A stretch of DNA of 64,000 nt, from positions 172 through 64,171 of the forward strand of contig JAZLJB010000010.1 in NCBI GenBank assembly GCA_045617685.1, written 5' to 3'. The notes under the pieces were generated by a model that saw only the letters and a program-made list of their open reading frames with translations, had not been told where the DNA came from and made no database searches. The stretch comes from Vescimonas sp. (GTDB lineage: Bacteria > Bacillota > Clostridia > Oscillospirales > Oscillospiraceae). The position numbers were made by a program, and so were the translations under genes. Positions 58,951 through 64,000 of the stretch are shown one piece after another (positions within the stretch are counted from its first letter, which is position 1; each line of letters opens with the position of its first letter).

Positions 58951-61428
58951 CTATTTTCTTCTGCTGTCTCTCAACCGATATGGAAGGCGCATGAGTGCCG
59001 CCACCACATAAAACCGTTTGAAGTAGCGATAGGGTTTTGGATCCTTCTGGTTCTTAATGAAGTATACATCCGCTTCCTGCATGCACTGCTTAACCTTAGT
59101 TAAATTCGCATCGCTTCGTGCATACTCCTCCATCAAAACCTTCTCGCTGACAAATCGCTTGCCGCTCTCATTCGTGCAGCAATTCTCATCTACGGCAATG
59201 CCCTTTACGAGATAATCTGCCAGCATACCCGGCAGATTCACACCGCTGTCTGTCAGCACATGGGTCGATGCGCCGGCACGGAAGTTCAGCTCCACAAAGT
59301 ACACATGCCCTTTTTGATCCTCTATCAGATCCACATCGAAAAGGCCCGTATAATCCAGTGATTGGATGAAACGGCCGCATGCATCGATGATATCACGATA
59401 CGGTGCATCGTCCACCATCTCTCCTGTCAACGCCACACCCTTGCGCTCTTTGTGTCCGCCCTCTAAGGCACGGAAAAAGCCGGGTGCCACGGTGGTGTCC
59501 TTTGTACTTAGGCCAAGAATGGAGTACTCCGTTTTGATGTCTGCAAATTCTTCCACCAGTATTTCAAAGTCTTCCGCCTTGGCATATTTATCCAGCACAG
59601 TGCGAAGCTGTGTTTCATCCTCGCACTTCATCATCTTACCCTTGGTGCTCTTCATGCTGACATTGGGCTTGATGAAACAAGGGTAGCGGATATCATCCGG
59701 CAACACATACATGCCGCCGCACGATGTGACTAGATTGCTGTGGAGCATAGGAAGGTCAAATGCTGCCGCCAAATGCTTCTGCTCATTTTTATTCATCAAA
59801 CGACAGATTTCCCCTGCCTTGTTTCCAATGTTCGGCACCACAAAGCACTCGCTGAGTGATTCCAAATGCTCATCCACCACGCAGGCGGTGTAGTCATCTA
59901 CCGGCATCAGGAGCGTGTTTTTGCCTTCTGCCAGTTTCACTAAATCAGCCATAATCTTCTCAGGATTGTTATCGGCAATGCACTCCTGAAACTCGCTGAT
60001 ATACTTGCTATACGCATCAGGCGCCATGGAACTGAGCAAATTCAGGCGGTTAGGCTTTTTCTTATAAACCCGCAGGACCTTCACAGCATACCCGGCCTCG
60101 CCCAATGCTCTGGCCATAGTAAGGATATTGCAATAGTTTCGTCCGGTCACTACCACACAAGGTCGGTCATCCGCTGCGCCAACCATACGCTTCTCCCGGC
60201 CCAAAGCCATCTTTACGCGGTGCTTCAGTGCGCTCAGCCGGATACGCTTATAAAAGCGCCTGCCCGGCTCCGGATCATCGTCATTTGCAAGCAGTGTAAA
60301 ATCAGCATTTTCAATGCACTGCTTCAATTCCTGCCGTGTCATAAAGGAGTGTATGTAATCCTCCCATGCCACCTTCTCATAAACAAACTGTTTTCCGAAA
60401 GCGGTCATGTTCTCCTCTTCTGCTTTGTGACCTTTTCCGGTAATTTCCTTGACAAAGATCGCCGGCAGATTGACACCGTTCAAAAAATAGGAAAAATTGG
60501 GACCGCCGCTGCGTAGGTTTACTTCATTGAAATAGATTTTTCCGCCGCAAACATTGAACTCCATGTCAAACATACCCACATAGTGGAACTGCCTAAGCAT
60601 ATCAAAAACTTTTTCTTTTGCCTCGCCCAAAATATCCAGAGGCATCATCTTGCCTGCCATGGTCACGCCCCGCTCATATTGGGCAATATGGTTTTTTTCG
60701 ATTACGGCCGGAATAATGATTTCCTGATCCAGACACACGCCCGACAAGTCATATTCCTTGTCGATCTGCAAATATTCCTGTACCAAAACTGCTCTATCTC
60801 GGAAAAATACCTGCATCTCACTGAGGTGGCGAAGCAACTCACTTTGATCATAACACTTGGCCATCTCCGTCTTATGCCCGGAAATGCTTTGCAGGGGTTT
60901 CACAAAGCAGGGATATATTATATCCTCCGGAACTTCAATGTCGCCCCGCAGGTCAACCACCCATTCAGCCGGAGTTGTCAACCCGGCCTTACGAGCCATC
61001 TCACCCTGTATCGTTTTATCCATTGCCTCGGCAAAAGTCATTCCAGCGGCCCGAATTTCAGGCATATAGAAATGCTCCTTCAGCATCTCTCGGTTCGCCG
61101 CTACCACAGCAGCGGTAAAATCATCCGCAGGAAATAGAACCATCTTTTCCTGATTACTCGCAGCATATTCTTTTACGATTTCAATCAATCCATCGCCGGA
61201 GTCACCTTGTATTTTTGTTGACAAAACCTCTACTGCATTGTGCACATATTTGCTGCACGATGCAATCGCAGAGCTTCCTTTTTTCTTCGTACTTGCAATC
61301 AGATCCACAGTATATCCGGCAGCGCCCAATGAGCGGATCACACCTAAGCCGGTAGAATAATTTCTTGAAAGAACGATTACAAGCGGTTGCAAATTACCCA
61401 AAGCAGTCTCCTTACCGATCGATTTCAT
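58951..61428 (-). CDS. Tandem double ATP-grasp carboxylate-amine ligase (A+B domains)
   Basis: RNYSTGLGVIRSLG...FNEVNLRSGG and RNYCNILTMARALG...FVELNFRAG; full-length paralog of 52605-55175. Confidence 0.85.
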   Translation of the reverse strand: MKSIGKETALGNLQPLVIVLSRNYSTGLGVIRSLGAAGYTVDLIASTKKKGSSAIASCSKYVHNAVEVLSTKIQGDSGDGLIEIVKEYAASNQEKMVLFPADDFTAAVVAANREMLKEHFYMPEIRAAGMTFAEAMDKTIQGEMARKAGLTTPAEWVVDLRGDIEVPEDIIYPCFVKPLQSISGHKTEMAKCYDQSELLRHLSEMQVFFRDRAVLVQEYLQIDKEYDLSGVCLDQEIIIPAVIEKNHIAQYERGVTMAGKMMPLDILGEAKEKVFDMLRQFHYVGMFDMEFNVCGGKIYFNEVNLRSGGPNFSYFLNGVNLPAIFVKEITGKGHKAEEENMTAFGKQFVYEKVAWEDYIHSFMTRQELKQCIENADFTLLANDDDPEPGRRFYKRIRLSALKHRVKMALGREKRMVGAADDRPCVVVTGRNYCNILTMARALGEAGYAVKVLRVYKKKPNRLNLLSSMAPDAYSKYISEFQECIADNNPEKIMADLVKLAEGKNTLLMPVDDYTACVVDEHLESLSECFVVPNIGNKAGEICRLMNKNEQKHLAAAFDLPMLHSNLVTSCGGMYVLPDDIRYPCFIKPNVSMKSTKGKMMKCEDETQLRTVLDKYAKAEDFEILVEEFADIKTEYSILGLSTKDTTVAPGFFRALEGGHKERKGVALTGEMVDDAPYRDIIDACGRFIQSLDYTGLFDVDLIEDQKGHVYFVELNFRAGASTHVLTDSGVNLPGMLADYLVKGIAVDENCCTNESGKRFVSEKVLMEEYARSDANLTKVKQCMQEADVYFIKNQKDPKPYRYFKRFYVVAALMRLPYRLRDSRRK

Positions 61429-61517
61429 GTCACCGAAATTCTACTATTCATGTAAGCAATTTTCTGTGCAGCACTTGACCACTTTTTGCCAAATGTGCCC
61501 CAATTTATACATAGCAT

Positions 61518-61546
61518 ATTATATAATACACCCCTTGAATTGTCAA
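61518..61546 (-). promoter_or_regulatory. Consensus sigma-A promoter heading the ATP-grasp/tag operon
   Basis: TTGACA-N17-TATAAT. Confidence 0.8.
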
Positions 61547-61674
61547 TGTAATCCCCCGATGTCTTCTATGAAATACGGACAGACTTTTGATAAATAAAAG
61601 AACACCTGAATTGCACAGAATGCAGTGCAATTCAGGTGTTTTTGATGGTGTTACTTACTCACCCATCTACATAC

Positions 61675-62478
61675 TTAGCGAGCTTTTACGGTCACAGGAA
61701 TATTAATCTTTAAGCTGCCCAATTTGCAAGCGACCGTTGTTTTACCAACTGCCTTACCGGTGGCAACGCCCTTGCTCACTGTGGCTACAGATGTATTCTT
61801 GGTCTTGACGCTCGTCCAGACAGGCTGAATAACAGTTTCCAGCTTATTGTAGTTTTCGACCTTCAAGGTCTTGCTGCTTCCCTTGTAAACCTGGCAAGAA
61901 ATGGCGTGCAGATCAAGGTTATCCGTGGAAGCCTTAATCACCGGAGCCACTTTCGCCTGACCACTCTTGGTCACCTTAGTGGGGCTTGCATAGCTGAAAA
62001 GCTGTACCCATGTGGGCTGTCCATCTTCCTGATAGAAGCATCCGATACCGATGCTCTTGAATTTGCTGTTCAGAATATTAGCACGATGTTCATCCGAATG
62101 CATCCAAGAATACATAACACCGGAAACGGTATCCTGACCCACAGCAATATTCTCGCCGCAACCGGATCTATAGGATTTAGGCATAATGCTGAAGCAAGAT
62201 GTACCATCGGGACGGGTGTGGCTAAAGTAAATTCTTGATTCTGCAGCTCTCTTCATTGCGTACTTCAAAAGCTTCTCGTCCATCTTCAATGCAGACAAGC
62301 CCTTAGCGGCACGCTCCTTGTTGACTTTGGCCAATATCTGATAGGCCTTTGTGTAATCATAGGTACCCTGTACCTTCAGGTCGACTACTTGTGCAGCATT
62401 CGCTTCTACTACAGTGCCGGCCATGATCGGCAAGAGCAGAACAAGTGTCATCAGAATTGCTAAAATACGTTTTTTCAT
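61675..62478 (-). CDS. Secreted CAP/SCP-domain protein with an Ig-like (Big_2) tail
   Basis: Signal peptide; VNKERA, FSHTRPDG, GENIAVG and WMHSDEHRANIL motifs; terminator at about 61600-61643. Confidence 0.88.
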   Translation of the reverse strand: MKKRILAILMTLVLLLPIMAGTVVEANAAQVVDLKVQGTYDYTKAYQILAKVNKERAAKGLSALKMDEKLLKYAMKRAAESRIYFSHTRPDGTSCFSIMPKSYRSGCGENIAVGQDTVSGVMYSWMHSDEHRANILNSKFKSIGIGCFYQEDGQPTWVQLFSYASPTKVTKSGQAKVAPVIKASTDNLDLHAISCQVYKGSSKTLKVENYNKLETVIQPVWTSVKTKNTSVATVSKGVATGKAVGKTTVACKLGSLKINIPVTVKAR

Positions 62479-62489
62479 GTCATTCTCCT

Positions 62490-63404
62490 TTACTTTTGAA
62501 ATTCAAATTTTAATATATCAGGCCTTGCATAATGTCCACAAACATCGTGTTCCATTTTACTAGCTGGTACCTTTTGCATATCCAAATCAGCTATAATAAT
62601 ATCTTCCTGATCCCATGTGCAATCACTGACCAGATGCCCAAAAGGATCGATTATGCAGCTTCCACCCCTGCACACGATATCAGGTAAAGCATTCACTGCC
62701 TGCTCGTTCAAATCTGCAGGATAGCTTTCCTTTGTAAAACACATATTACAATTGATGAAATAGCAGTGTCCTTCAATAGCTATGTGGCGGATCGTATCCT
62801 GCCATTCTGGATTATCATTGGTATTAGGGGAAATATACAATGCCACGCCCTGCTGGTATAGTACCATGCGCGCCAACGGCATATAGCTTTCCCAGCATAT
62901 CAGGTTGCCCATCGGACCCCAAGGGGTATCCATAATCGGAAAATAATCTCGGTCTGCATCGCCCCACACTACTCGCTCACTGCCGGTGAGTTTTATCTTT
63001 CTGTGGTTCATGACGGTGCCATCAGGAGCAATCATGAGATTGGAATTATATAATGTCCCTGATACAGCATCTCTTTCTGAATAGCCAAAACTCAGATAGA
63101 CTTTATAGCATATCGCCGCATCAATCAGTTTCATTACTTCCGGACCATCAGCAAGTAAAGAATTGTCATAATAGCGTTTCCAGTCTTTCCTGCCATCAGC
63201 GGTGCGGCTGCCTACCGAAAATCCGAAATTCATTCCGTAAGGATATCCCGGGATAAACAATTCCGGAAATACGATCAATTCTGCGTCGTTCTCAGCACAG
63301 CGTTTAATCAATTTAAGCGCCTTATCTAAACCAGCGTTTTTATCAAATAAAACAGGTTCCGCCTGAACAACTGCAACTCTACATTTATCCCTCAGATCCA
63401 GCAT
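62490..63404 (-). CDS. Nitrilase (carbon-nitrogen hydrolase)
   Basis: FPELFIPGYP (Glu), HRK (Lys), LICWESYMP (Cys) and GHYARPD motifs. Confidence 0.92.
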   Translation of the reverse strand: MLDLRDKCRVAVVQAEPVLFDKNAGLDKALKLIKRCAENDAELIVFPELFIPGYPYGMNFGFSVGSRTADGRKDWKRYYDNSLLADGPEVMKLIDAAICYKVYLSFGYSERDAVSGTLYNSNLMIAPDGTVMNHRKIKLTGSERVVWGDADRDYFPIMDTPWGPMGNLICWESYMPLARMVLYQQGVALYISPNTNDNPEWQDTIRHIAIEGHCYFINCNMCFTKESYPADLNEQAVNALPDIVCRGGSCIIDPFGHLVSDCTWDQEDIIIADLDMQKVPASKMEHDVCGHYARPDILKFEFQK

Positions 63405-63548
63405 ATTTCACACCTCATCCGAACAAAACCAGTTATTATAAATATATCATAAAGTTTCAAATATGTAAATCATAATTTGCATAAAAATAGCGTTTTTTGT
63501 CAAAATGCACTCCCATGTAAAGCTGCGAGGACAATTTTGCCAATTTGC

Positions 63549-63645
63549 GTTGGCGTTACCTATCTTCTTGGGCTGCTCCAACCAAATATTATCGCAAAAT
63601 ATCGCTAAATCGAGCTTAACTGACCTATCTCGGGTTAGGGACCAT
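63549..63645 (-). pseudogene. Degenerate partial copy of 5S rRNA
   Basis: Shares GTTGGCGTTACCTATCTT, CTCCA, TATT.TCG, AATCGAGCTTAACT and TCGGG blocks, in order, with the intact gene 168 bp away. Confidence 0.75.
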
Positions 63646-63716
63646 CCCGTCCCACTTTCGCTACATTTCTTTGAAAATATAAAAAAAGAAAGCACCCTGT
63701 TGGATGCTTCCTTTGT

Positions 63717-63831
<115 letters not shown>

Positions 63832-63859
63832 TATTTGAACCGCACTGCGGCTACAAACA

Positions 63860-63888
63860 ACTATATCAAATTGTATTCTCCATGTCAA
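63860..63888 (-). promoter_or_regulatory. Sigma-A promoter directly upstream of the 5S gene
   Basis: TTGACA-N17-TATAGT between tRNA-Glu and 5S. Confidence 0.7.
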
Positions 63889-63897
63889 GAGAAAATG

Positions 63898-63972
63898 TGG
63901 TGACCCGTACCGGATTCGAACCGATGTTAAAGGCGTGAGAGGCCTCTGTCTTAACCACTTGACCAACGGGCC
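63898..63972 (-). tRNA. tRNA-Glu(CTC)
   Basis: GGCCCGTTGGTCAAGTGGTTAAGACAGAGGCCTCTCACGCCTTT...GTTCGAATCC...GGGTCACCA. Confidence 0.95.
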
Positions 63973-63975
63973 GTT

Positions 63976-64000
63976 TGGTACACCATCAGGGACTCGAACC
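63976..64000 (-). tRNA. 3' end of another tRNA (anticodon outside the window; possibly Lys)
   Basis: GGTTCGAGTCCCTGATGGTGTACCA: T-arm, acceptor strand and CCA. Confidence 0.8.

Noticed and set aside
52605-61428. Graspetide (microviridin-type) RiPP cluster interpretation of the ATP-grasp genes
   Set aside because: No precursor with a leader plus Thr/Asp/Glu core repeats and no peptidase-ABC exporter; the context is teichoic-acid synthesis. The 57010-57191 gap has only very short ORFs.

Overview
Chromosomal window from a spore-forming Clostridia-class Firmicute (Oscillospiraceae-like; inferred from spoIIR, spoIVFA/B-like genes, addAB, mrnC and gene order). Most of it is housekeeping: hflX, rpmE, addAB, rqcH, mrnC, ispE, feoAB with a DtxR/MntR regulator, kimA with a c-di-AMP riboswitch, three complete tRNAs plus one partial, and a 5S rRNA. 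I saw no transposase, integrase, prophage or CRISPR array. Main signals: (1) a 14-kb wall-teichoic-acid locus (tagB/F/D/G/H plus a priming sugar transferase) headed by four genes carrying six ATP-grasp ligase domains, two of which share an uncharacterised ~66-aa helical repeat, a candidate peptide-decoration system for a glycerol-phosphate wall polymer; (2) an unannotated ~100-nt sRNA candidate with an exposed anti-Shine-Dalgarno loop, divergent from a LysR gene; (3) a possible SD-occluding pseudoknot upstream of a nucleobase permease; (4) a stand-alone 5S rRNA gene with its own promoter and a decayed tandem copy; (5) two adjacent frame-broken genes and several readable operator arrays. All product calls come from recognising motifs by eye; no database searches were run.
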